NCBI GenBank assembly: GCA_036273155.1
Contig: DASUIG010000029.1
Location: 40,283-104,282, forward strand
Source of the DNA: Gaiellaceae bacterium
GTDB lineage: Bacteria > Actinomycetota > Thermoleophilia > Gaiellales > Gaiellaceae
Length of the DNA: 64,000 bases
Direction of reading: 5' to 3'
Part shown: positions 9,773 to 17,955 of the stretch, one piece after another
How the letters are laid out: the number at the start of each line of letters is the position of its first letter
How positions within the stretch are numbered: the first letter of the stretch is position 1
Program-made: the position numbers and the translations under genes
Notes under the pieces: generated by a model
Seen by the model: only the letters and a program-made list of their open reading frames with translations
The model's database searches: none
Told to the model about the DNA's origin: nothing

Positions 9773-10695
9773 AGGTCGCTTTCTGCTTCCCGGGTCAGGG
9801 CTCGGTCGAGCCGGGGATGGGCCGCGAGATCGCGGCCGCCGTCTCGGAGGCCCGCGCGGTGTACGCGCGCGGCAGCGCCGCGGCCAACCTCGACCTCGAG
9901 CGTCTCTGCTTCCACGGCGACGCATCCGAGCTGCTCGACACCGCGGTGCAGCAGCCGGCGCTCGTCGCCACGTCGCTCGCCATGCTCGCCGCCATCCGCG
10001 CGCGCGGCATCGAGCCGGACTACGTCATCGGCCACTCGGTCGGCGAGTTCGCGGCCATCGCGGCGTGCGGCTCGATGACCGACGAGGAGGCAATCGCGCT
10101 CGTGCGCGAGCGTGGCATCGCGATGGCCGAGGCGGCCGCGCGCCACCCCGGCTCGATGGCGGCCATCCTCGGGCTCGAGGACGAGGTCGTCGAGACGCTG
10201 TGCCGGAAGATCCTCGGCGTGTGGCCGGCGAACTACAACTGCCCGGGGCAGATCGTCGTCTCCGGCGAGAACGCAGCGGTGGACGAGTGCTGCGAGCTCG
10301 CGCAGGAGGCCGGCGCGCGCCGCGCGGTCAAGCTGAAGGTCTCCGGTGCGTTCCATTCGCCGCTCGTCGCGCGCGCCGCCGACCGGCTGCGCCCCGCGAT
10401 CGACAAGGTCAAGTTCCAGGAGCCGGCGGCGCCGTTCATGTCCACGGTCACGGCGCGCCTCGAGTCGGCGCAGCGGATGGGCCCCCTGCTCGTCGACCAG
10501 CTCACCGCTCCGGTCCGCTTCACGCAGGCCGCGAGCGAACTGATGCGCGAGGGCGTGCGCACGTTCGTCGAGGTCGGCCCGGGGAACGTCCTCTCCGGCC
10601 TCGTCAAGCGCATCGACCGCAGCGTGAAGGCCGTGTCGGTGAACAGCCTCGCCGCGCTCGACGAGCTGCACGACGTTCTCGCAGCCGAGTCGTGA
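9769..10695 (+). CDS. fabD: Malonyl-CoA:ACP transacylase
   Basis: 'FPGQGS' and 'GHSVGEF'. ATGA overlap with fabH. Confidence 0.93.
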   Translation: MKVAFCFPGQGSVEPGMGREIAAAVSEARAVYARGSAAANLDLERLCFHGDASELLDTAVQQPALVATSLAMLAAIRARGIEPDYVIGHSVGEFAAIAACGSMTDEEAIALVRERGIAMAEAAARHPGSMAAILGLEDEVVETLCRKILGVWPANYNCPGQIVVSGENAAVDECCELAQEAGARRAVKLKVSGAFHSPLVARAADRLRPAIDKVKFQEPAAPFMSTVTARLESAQRMGPLLVDQLTAPVRFTQAASELMREGVRTFVEVGPGNVLSGLVKRIDRSVKAVSVNSLAALDELHDVLAAES

Positions 10696-11417
10696 CGTTC
10701 GCTTCACTGGAAGGGAAGAACGCCCTCGTCACGGGCGCGTCGAGGGGCATCGGCCGCGCGGTCGCCGTCGAGCTCGCGCAGGCGGGTGCGTCGGTCGTGA
10801 TCGGCTACCGCACCGGCAAGGACGAGGCCGAGGCGCTCGCCGCCGAGATCGGCGCCCGCGCGGTGCAGGCCGACGTCTCCGACGCCGACGACGCGCGCCG
10901 GCTCGTCGAGGAGGCGGGTGACATCGACGTGCTCGTCAACAACGCCGGGCTCACGCGCGACGGACTGCTCGCGCGCATGTCGGACGACGACTGGCGCACT
11001 GTGATCGAGACGAACCTCTCCTCGGTCTTCTACACGTGCCGCGCCGTCACGAGGCCGATGATGAAGAAGCGCGCGGGCGCGATCGTCAACGTCTCCTCCA
11101 TCGTCGGCGTGCACGGCAACTGGGGCCAGACGAACTACGCCGCCTCCAAGGCGGGCATCATCGGCTTCACGAAGTCGCTCGCGCGCGAGCTCGGCAGCCG
11201 CAACATCCGCGCCAACGTCGTCGCCCCGGGCTACGTCACGACCCAGCTCACCGACGTTCTGCCCGAGGAAGTCATGGCCGCGATGATCCAGAACACCCCG
11301 CTCGGCCGCGCCGGGCAGCCGACCGACGTGGCGGGGGCGGTACGCTTCCTCTGCTCCGACGAGGCCTCGTTCATCACGGGCGAAGTGCTTCTCGTCGACG
11401 GCGGAATGGGAATGTGA
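10692..11417 (+). CDS. fabG: 3-oxoacyl-ACP reductase
   Basis: 'TGASRGIGRA', 'NNAG' and 'YAASKAG' (SDR). GTGA overlap with fabD. Confidence 0.92.
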   Translation: MTFASLEGKNALVTGASRGIGRAVAVELAQAGASVVIGYRTGKDEAEALAAEIGARAVQADVSDADDARRLVEEAGDIDVLVNNAGLTRDGLLARMSDDDWRTVIETNLSSVFYTCRAVTRPMMKKRAGAIVNVSSIVGVHGNWGQTNYAASKAGIIGFTKSLARELGSRNIRANVVAPGYVTTQLTDVLPEEVMAAMIQNTPLGRAGQPTDVAGAVRFLCSDEASFITGEVLLVDGGMGM

Positions 11418-12683
11418 TTGAGCGACAACGGTTCACTCAACGGGCGCAGGCGCGTCGTCATCACCGGTCTCGGGGCGGTCACACCGCTCGGGAACGACGT
11501 ACGGACCAGCTGGGACGCATTGATTCGCGGCGAGAGCGGCGCCGGCCCGATCACCCATTTCGACGCTTCCGCGTATCCGGTCACGTTCGCGTGCGAGGTG
11601 AAGGACTTCAACCCTTCCGACTGGATCGACCACAAGCAGGCCCGGCGCATGGATCGCTTCGCCCAGCTCGTGGTCGCTGCCGCGCGCCAGGCCGAGGCCG
11701 ATGCCGGCCTCGACATCGCCGCGGAGGCCGACCGCGTCGGCGCTGCGATCGCCACCGGCATCGGCGGGCTGACGTCGTTCCAGGACTGCCACGACGTCCT
11801 GCGCGACCGCGGGCCGGATCGCGTCAATCCGTTCGCGATCCCGGCGATCATCCCCAACATGGGCGCCGGCTGGGTGTCGATGGAGCTCGGCACCAAGGGC
11901 CCGCTGGCGTCCCAGTGCACGGCCTGCGCCGCGTCCAACATGGCGATCGGCGACGGCACCGACGCGATCCGGCTGGGTCGCGCCGACGTGATGTTCTGCG
12001 GCGGCACCGAGGCGGCGATCAACAAGGTCGGCATCGCCGGCTTCGGCGCCATGCGCGCGCTCTCGCGGCGCAACGACGATCCTGTGCACGCCTCGCGGCC
12101 GTTCGACGCGAAGCGCGACGGGTTCGTGATGGGTGAAGCATCGGCGGTGCTCGTGCTCGAAGAGCTCGACCATGCGCGTGCTCGCGGCGCGAAGATCTAC
12201 GCCGAGGTCGCCGGCTACGGCGTGTCGGCGGACGCGAGTCACATCACGGAGCCCGACCCGACCGGCGTGAATCCGGCGCGCGCGCTGAAGATGGCGATGG
12301 GCGACGCGGGCATCACGCCCGACCAGGTCGACTACGTGAACGCGCATGCGACGTCGACGCCGATCGGCGACTCGAGCGAGACGCGCGTCATCAAGCTCGC
12401 GATGGGCGAGGAGCATGCCCGCCAGATCGCGATCTCCGGGACGAAGGGCGCGACCGGCCACTGCCTCGGCGGCGCGGGTGCGGTCGAGGCGCTGTTCACG
12501 ACGCTTGCCGTGCACGAGAGCGTGCTGCCGCCGACGATCAACTACGAGTTCGAAGACCCGGAGTGCGACCTCGACTACGTGCCGAACGTCGCGCGCAAGG
12601 CCGACGTCGACATCGCGATCAACAACTCATTCGGGTTCGGCGGCCACAATGCTTGCGTGGTCATCCGCAAACACAACGAATAA
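11418..12683 (+). CDS. fabF: Beta-ketoacyl-ACP synthase II
   Basis: 'CTACAASNMAIG', 'NAHATSTPIGD' and 'GHCLGGAGAVE'. The TTG start directly abuts the fabG stop. Confidence 0.92.
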   Translation: MSDNGSLNGRRRVVITGLGAVTPLGNDVRTSWDALIRGESGAGPITHFDASAYPVTFACEVKDFNPSDWIDHKQARRMDRFAQLVVAAARQAEADAGLDIAAEADRVGAAIATGIGGLTSFQDCHDVLRDRGPDRVNPFAIPAIIPNMGAGWVSMELGTKGPLASQCTACAASNMAIGDGTDAIRLGRADVMFCGGTEAAINKVGIAGFGAMRALSRRNDDPVHASRPFDAKRDGFVMGEASAVLVLEELDHARARGAKIYAEVAGYGVSADASHITEPDPTGVNPARALKMAMGDAGITPDQVDYVNAHATSTPIGDSSETRVIKLAMGEEHARQIAISGTKGATGHCLGGAGAVEALFTTLAVHESVLPPTINYEFEDPECDLDYVPNVARKADVDIAINNSFGFGGHNACVVIRKHNE

Positions 12684-12692
12684 CCGTGCTTC

Positions 12693-12724
12693 GGTGTCAG
12701 ACACCGGAAACGGTGTCTGACACC
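12693..12724 (+). terminator. Perfect 14-bp hairpin with GAAA loop after fabF
   Basis: GGTGTCAGACACCG-gaaa-CGGTGTCTGACACC, 9 nt after the fabF stop. No U tract (I-shaped terminator type). Confidence 0.6.
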
Positions 12725-12743
12725 ACTCCTAGGCTTCCCTCAG

Positions 12744-13298
12744 GTGCAACAGGAGCTCGTAGTGGTGCGCCGTTCGCGGCGCGCGCGGAGGTGGACGATC
12801 GACGTGCCGTGGGGATCCCCCGCGCGTCTTACCGTGCCCACATGGATGTCGGACGCGGAGATCGACCGCGTGCTGCACGAGCACCGGGACTGGCTCGCGA
12901 CCGAGCGTGCACGCCAGCGCCCGCGCCTCCGGCTCGATCCGCGCGGCGTCTCCGAGCTCGAGGGCCGGCGCGCGGCGCGCGAGCTCGTCGCGATGCTCGT
13001 CGAGGACGAGGCGGCTGCGCTCGAGGTCGAGGCCGGCAAGATCCAGATTCGTGACCAGCGCACGCGCTGGGGGTCGTGCTCGGCCGACGGCAACCTGTCG
13101 TTCAACTGGCGGCTCGTGCTCGCGCCGTTCGAGGTGCTCGACTACGTCGTCGTGCACGAGGTCTGCCATCTGCGCGAGGCGAACCACTCGCGCCGCTTCT
13201 GGCGGCTCGTCGAGAGCCGCCGCCCGGACTGGCGCGATCAGAAGGCCTGGCTCGACGAGCACGGGCCGGAGCTGCTCGCGTTCAGGCCGGCCGCCTGA
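12744..13298 (+). CDS. YgjP-like (DUF45) metal-dependent hydrolase
   Basis: 'VVHEVCHLREANHSRRFWRLV' (HExxH...NHS..FW). GTG start. Confidence 0.8.
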   Translation: MQQELVVVRRSRRARRWTIDVPWGSPARLTVPTWMSDAEIDRVLHEHRDWLATERARQRPRLRLDPRGVSELEGRRAARELVAMLVEDEAAALEVEAGKIQIRDQRTRWGSCSADGNLSFNWRLVLAPFEVLDYVVVHEVCHLREANHSRRFWRLVESRRPDWRDQKAWLDEHGPELLAFRPAA

Positions 13299-13656
13299 GG
13301 TAGGAGTCGCTTCCGTCGAGCCAGTCCTCGCGCGGCGGGTTGAAGACGTCGACGTCCAGCGTGTCCTCCAGCGCCTCGGCCTCGTGCGGGAGGTTGCGCG
13401 GGATGCAGAGCACCTCGCCGCCGCTCACGTCGACGACCTGCTCTCCGTCGTCGCCGAGCCGGAAGCGCAGGCACCCCTCGAGCACGTACGTGAGCTGCTC
13501 GTTCGAGTGCTCGTGCTTCGGGACGATGCAGCCCTTCTTCAGGTAGACGTGCGCGATCATCATGTCGCCGCCGGTGATCAGCCGGCGGCCGAGAAGCGGG
13601 TTCAGCTCCTCGCGGGGCAGGTCGTCCCAGCGGTAGTGCGTTGCCTGATCAGCCAT
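13282..13656 (-). CDS. Cupin-domain protein
   Basis: 'GCIVPKHEHSNEQLTYVLEG...IPRNLPHEAEA', the two cupin motifs. Its 3' end overlaps the ygjP-like gene by 17 nt. Confidence 0.8.
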   Translation of the reverse strand: MADQATHYRWDDLPREELNPLLGRRLITGGDMMIAHVYLKKGCIVPKHEHSNEQLTYVLEGCLRFRLGDDGEQVVDVSGGEVLCIPRNLPHEAEALEDTLDVDVFNPPREDWLDGSDSYLRRPA

Positions 13657-14311
13657 GATGCGAAGTATGGACCGGTGGGCGACCTTCGACTGCTACGGCA
13701 CGCTGATCGACTGGAACGGCGGCATCGGCCGCGAGCTCGAGCGCCTCTTCGGCGCCGACCGCGCGGCCGGCCTGCTGCACCGCTACCACGAGGTCGAGCC
13801 GCAGGTGCAACGGGAGCAACCGACGCGCGCTTACCGCGACGTGATGGCGATCACGCTGTCGCGCCTTGCCGACGTGCCGGCCGACGAAGAGGACGCGCTC
13901 GGCCGGTCGCTTCCGAGCTGGCAGCCGTTCCCCGAAGTCCGCGAGTCGCTCGAGGAGGCACGCGCGGGCGGCTGGAAGCTCGCCATCCTCTCGAACACCG
14001 ACCGCGACTTCATCGATGCATCGCTGGAGGGCATCGGCGTCCCGTTCGAGCTCGCCATCGTCGCGTCCGAGATCGGGTCGTACAAGCCGGCCCATCGTCA
14101 CTGGGAGGAGTTCTACGAACGAACGGGGGCGGATCGTGCCGGCCACGTGCACGTCGGCGCGAGCCTCTTCCACGACGTCGCGCCCGCGTGCGAGCTCGGC
14201 CTGCGCACCGTCTGGGTGAACCGGCTCGGCGAAGAAGCGCGGCCGCAGCCCGACGTCGAGCTGCATTCGCTCTCGGGGCTCGCCGGCGCCCTCGACTCGC
14301 TCGTCGCGTGA
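13655..14311 (+). CDS. HAD-superfamily hydrolase (haloacid dehalogenase type II-like)
   Basis: 'WATFDCYGTLIDW' (DxYGT motif I), 'LSNTD' and 'SYKP'. The true start may be the ATG at 13667. Confidence 0.8.
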   Translation: MMRSMDRWATFDCYGTLIDWNGGIGRELERLFGADRAAGLLHRYHEVEPQVQREQPTRAYRDVMAITLSRLADVPADEEDALGRSLPSWQPFPEVRESLEEARAGGWKLAILSNTDRDFIDASLEGIGVPFELAIVASEIGSYKPAHRHWEEFYERTGADRAGHVHVGASLFHDVAPACELGLRTVWVNRLGEEARPQPDVELHSLSGLAGALDSLVA

Positions 14312-14351
14312 ACGTGCGTCCGATCGTCCGCGGAGATGCGGAAGCGGTCAC

Positions 14352-15122
14352 ATGAGCCGCCTGCGCGCGAAATGCCCGACGTGTCGTGCGTACACCGCGG
14401 TCGCTGTCGGCCCCGGCTACGAGTGCCATTCGTGCGGCCGGACGTTCGCCGCCGGGCTCGTTCGCGTCCCGCGCGCCTGGGGGGACGGCGGCGAGGAAAT
14501 GGTGGAGGCAGCGGGCCTGCCGCTCGACTATCCGGAGACGTCGGTGGTGGAGGAGGACTCGCTCGTCGCGCAGACGCTGGCGGTCGCCTCCGACCTGCCG
14601 GAGCGGCCGCTCGTCCTCGGCGGGTGTTGTTGCTCGCACGTCGGCGCAGTGGAGGGCCTCGCGGCGCGGTACGACCGGCTCGGCGTCGTCTGGCTCGACG
14701 CGCACGGCGACCTGAACACGCCGCAGAGCTCGCCTTCGGGCAATCAGTGGGGGATGCCGCTGCGCATGCTCCTCGAGGGCGGCGCGGTGAGCGCCGGGGA
14801 CGTCGCCCTCGTCGGCGCGCGGAATCTCGACCCGCCCGAGGTCGAGTTCACGACGGCAGCCGGCATCGACGATGACATCGACCGCGTGCTCGCGCAGGTG
14901 TCGGCCGTCTACGTGGCGCTCGACTGCGACGTTCTCGACCCGAACGAGATGACCGTCTTCATGCCGGAGCCCGCCGGCCTCACGATCGCCGGCGTCGAGC
15001 GCATCCTCGGCCGGATCCGCGAGAGCGGCGTCACGGTCGCCGGCGCCGGCCTGACCGGCCTCGCGCCCGATCCCGCCAACGTCCAGCCGCTCGAACGGCT
15101 CTGCGCCGCCCTCGGCTTCTGA
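14352..15122 (+). CDS. Arginase/ureohydrolase-fold protein with N-terminal Cys4 zinc ribbon
   Basis: 'CPTCRAYT...CHSCGRTF', then 'GGCCCSHVG', 'WLDAHGDLNTP' and 'ALDCDVLDP'. Confidence 0.75.
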   Translation: MSRLRAKCPTCRAYTAVAVGPGYECHSCGRTFAAGLVRVPRAWGDGGEEMVEAAGLPLDYPETSVVEEDSLVAQTLAVASDLPERPLVLGGCCCSHVGAVEGLAARYDRLGVVWLDAHGDLNTPQSSPSGNQWGMPLRMLLEGGAVSAGDVALVGARNLDPPEVEFTTAAGIDDDIDRVLAQVSAVYVALDCDVLDPNEMTVFMPEPAGLTIAGVERILGRIRESGVTVAGAGLTGLAPDPANVQPLERLCAALGF

Positions 15123-15151
15123 GGCGCAACTCCCCGGCTCCGAGGCCGGTC

Positions 15152-15157
15152 TAAGCT
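15152..15157 (+). promoter_or_regulatory. Candidate -10 hexamer TAAGCT, 6 nt upstream of the accD GTG (leaderless mRNA?)
   Basis: A TANNNT hexamer, a 6-nt spacer, then the start codon. No Shine-Dalgarno sequence in between. Confidence 0.35.
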
Positions 15158-15163
15158 AGCGAC

Positions 15164-15991
15164 GTGGCCAAGATCGACGTCTCGATCGAGACCGAGGACA
15201 AGCCGGCGCCGCCGCCCAAGCACCCGAACACCTGCCCGGGCTGTCATTCCCACTACCGGGACGACGAGCTCGAGCGGGCCCAGTGGGTCTGTGCGCAGTG
15301 CGGGCACCACTTCCCGATGCGCGCTCGGGCGCGCATCGTGTCCCTTGTCGACGACGGGTCGTTCTACGAGGAAGCAGCGGGCCTGCACTCGGAGGATCCG
15401 CTCGGCTTCTTCGACCTGCGCCCGTACACCGAGCGCCTCGCGGAGGCCGAGATGTCCACCGGGCTCGCCGACGCGATCGTGATCGGGCAGGGCCTGATCG
15501 AAGGGCGCGGTTGCGAGCTCGCGGTCATGGACTTCGCCTTCATGGGCGGTTCGATGGGCAGCGTCGTGGGAGAGAAGTTCTCGCGTGCATGCGACTCCGC
15601 GGCTGAGCGCGGCGTGCCGCTCGTCAGCGTCACGAGCTCGGGAGGCGCGCGCATGCAGGAGGGGATCCTCTCGCTCATGCAGCTGCCGAAGACCGTGTGC
15701 GCGGTCGAGGACCTGCACGACGCGGGCCAGGCGATGGTCGTGGTCATGGCGCACCCGACCACCGCGGGCGTGCTCGCGAGCTTCGCGAGCCTCGGCGACG
15801 TGCTGCTCGCCGAGCCGGGCGCCCTCATTGCGTTCACCGGGCCGCGCGTCGTCGAGCAGACGACGCGCGAGAAGCTCCCCGACGACTTCGGCCTCGCCGA
15901 GCAGAACCTCCGCTTCGGCCACCTCGACGCCATCCTCGAGCGGCGCCAGATCCGGCCCACGCTCGGCCGCCTCCTGAGGTTGTTCGGCTGA
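15164..15991 (+). CDS. accD: Acetyl-CoA carboxylase carboxyltransferase beta subunit
   Basis: Zinc ribbon 'CPGCHSHY...CAQCGHH' and 'AFMGGSMGSVVGEK'. Confidence 0.92.
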   Translation: MAKIDVSIETEDKPAPPPKHPNTCPGCHSHYRDDELERAQWVCAQCGHHFPMRARARIVSLVDDGSFYEEAAGLHSEDPLGFFDLRPYTERLAEAEMSTGLADAIVIGQGLIEGRGCELAVMDFAFMGGSMGSVVGEKFSRACDSAAERGVPLVSVTSSGGARMQEGILSLMQLPKTVCAVEDLHDAGQAMVVVMAHPTTAGVLASFASLGDVLLAEPGALIAFTGPRVVEQTTREKLPDDFGLAEQNLRFGHLDAILERRQIRPTLGRLLRLFG

Positions 15992-16926
15992 TGCCGCCGA
16001 GCGAGCACGAGCTCCGGCTGCGCGACCGCCTCAACCGGCTGCGCAGCGTCTCTCTGCTCGGCGGAGCGAAGCTCTCGGGTGAGCTCGAGCGGCTGCAGCG
16101 GCAGCTCGACCGCATCGGGCAGGAGCCGACCGGCGACGACATCTGGCGTTCCGTCGAGCTCGCACGCCATCCCGAGCGCCCGTACACGCTCGACTACGTC
16201 GAGGCGCTCCTCGACGACTGGTTCGAGCTGCACGGAGATCGCGGGCGCGGCGACGACGGCGCGATGGTCACCGGGCTCGGCAAGCTCGACGGGAGGACGA
16301 TCGCGCTCGTGGGACAGCAGAAGGGACGCGACATCCAGGAGCGGACGCGGCGCCAGTTCGGCATGCCGTACCCGGAGGGCTACCGCAAGGCGATTCGCGT
16401 GTTCGAGCTCGCGGACCGCCTCGGCTTCCCCGTCGTCTCGCTCGTCGACACCCCGGGCGCCTACCCCGGCGTCGCCGCTGAGCAGCACGGCCAGGGCGGC
16501 ATGATCGCGATGTCGCAGACCGCCATGGCGCGGCTGACGGTCCCCACGGTCGCGTGCGTGATCGGCGAGGGCGGCTCCGGGGGAGCGATCGCGATCGCGC
16601 TCGCCGACCGGGTCCTCATGCAGGAGAACGCCATCTACTCGGTCATCTCCCCCGAGGGCTGCGCCGCCATTCTCTGGCGCGACGCCGGCGAGGCGAAGAA
16701 GGCCGCGGCGGCGTTCAAGCCCGACGCAGCGCACTGCCTCGAGCTCGGCGTGATCGACGCCATCGTCCCCGAGCCGGCGGGCGGCGCTCATACGGATCAC
16801 CGCGAATCCGCCCGCCTGCTGGGGGAGTCCCTGCGGGAGACGCTGGAGGATCTGAGCGACGTGCCCGGCGACGAGCTCCGCCGGCGCCGCAGAGCCAAGT
16901 TTCGGTCGCTCGGCGTCTTCGCCTAG
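15991..16926 (+). CDS. accA: Acetyl-CoA carboxylase carboxyltransferase alpha subunit
   Basis: 'ARHPERPYTLDY', 'VSLVDTPGAYPG' and 'EGGSGGA'. The ATG overlaps the accD stop by 1 nt. Confidence 0.92.
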   Translation: MPPSEHELRLRDRLNRLRSVSLLGGAKLSGELERLQRQLDRIGQEPTGDDIWRSVELARHPERPYTLDYVEALLDDWFELHGDRGRGDDGAMVTGLGKLDGRTIALVGQQKGRDIQERTRRQFGMPYPEGYRKAIRVFELADRLGFPVVSLVDTPGAYPGVAAEQHGQGGMIAMSQTAMARLTVPTVACVIGEGGSGGAIAIALADRVLMQENAIYSVISPEGCAAILWRDAGEAKKAAAAFKPDAAHCLELGVIDAIVPEPAGGAHTDHRESARLLGESLRETLEDLSDVPGDELRRRRRAKFRSLGVFA

Positions 16927-17016
16927 CAGGTTTCGGTAGGTTCGAGCGGCTCCTATCCACAGCGTCCACAGGCTTATCCCCTGCGAATGGCATCGCTTGC
17001 AACGGGCCCGAACACG

Positions 17017-17046
17017 GCTCGAGGCCGGTAAAGACCGGCCTCGAGC
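17017..17046 (+). terminator. Perfect 13-bp hairpin with AAAG loop downstream of accA
   Basis: GCTCGAGGCCGGT-aaag-ACCGGCCTCGAGC. No U tract. Confidence 0.55.
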
Positions 17047-17151
17047 GCCTTGACCCCCCGCTGGGTGGAGAAGCCTGGAGGTCCTCTTTACGCCCTGGCG
17101 GGTCCGAAACCCCACCGTTTCCATGCCTCCCCGAGCGGGGACGAAGCGGCC

Positions 17152-17955
17152 ATGCCGCCCCGCCCGATCTGGAGCGGGAGCATCTCGTTCGGGCTCGTCA
17201 GCGTGCCCGTCCAGATGTTCGCCGCCACGCACTCGCAGGAGCTCCGCTTCCACTTCGTCGACCGGCGGGACCTCATGCCGGTCGGCTACGACAAGGTGCG
17301 AACGGACACCGGGGAGCGCGTCGACCCCGAGGACGTCGTTCGCGCCTTCGAGGTCGAGAAGGGCCGGTACGTGCCGATCGAGCCGGACGACCTCGACCGG
17401 CTCGACGTCGAGCTCGCCCACGCGGTCGACATCTGCGACTTCGTCGCACTCGAGGAGATCGACCCCATCTACTTCCGGCAGGCCTATTACCTCGTGCCGC
17501 AGGAGGGCGCCGAGAAGCCGTTCCGCCTGCTCGGCCGCGCATTGGACGAGACGGGCCGCGTCGGGATCGCCAAGGTCGTCATCCGCAACAAGCAGCATCT
17601 CTCCTGCCTCCGACCCTTCGAGGGCGTTCTCGTCCTCGAGACGATGTACTACGCGGACGAGGTCCGCGACCCCGCCGAGCTGGCTCCCCCCGAATCGAAG
17701 GCCGAGCTCCGCAAGGCGGAGGTCGACATGGCGCGCTCGCTCGTCGAGAACCTCAGCGCCGCGTTCGACCCGGCCAAGTACGACGACCGCTACCGGCGCG
17801 AGCTGCTCGAGCTCATCCGCGCGAAGGCGGAGGGACAGGAGCTGCCGGAGCCCGCGCAGCCGGAGGCGGGGGTCGTCGACCTCATGCAGGCTCTGCGCGA
17901 GTCCGTCGAACGCACGCGCGCGGCCAGGCGGCCGCGCGCTAGAACTGCGTCGTGA
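17152..17955 (+). CDS. ku: Non-homologous end-joining protein Ku
   Basis: 'PIWSGSISFGLVSVPV'. Length about 267 aa. The ATG at 17152 is preferred over the upstream TTG. Confidence 0.92.
   Translation: MPPRPIWSGSISFGLVSVPVQMFAATHSQELRFHFVDRRDLMPVGYDKVRTDTGERVDPEDVVRAFEVEKGRYVPIEPDDLDRLDVELAHAVDICDFVALEEIDPIYFRQAYYLVPQEGAEKPFRLLGRALDETGRVGIAKVVIRNKQHLSCLRPFEGVLVLETMYYADEVRDPAELAPPESKAELRKAEVDMARSLVENLSAAFDPAKYDDRYRRELLELIRAKAEGQELPEPAQPEAGVVDLMQALRESVERTRAARRPRARTAS

Noticed and set aside
16936-16965. tRNA-like 'GGTTCGAGC' T-loop-like string after accA.
   Set aside because: The flanking bases do not form a T-stem, and no acceptor, D or anticodon arms can be drawn. No tRNA genes were found anywhere in the window.
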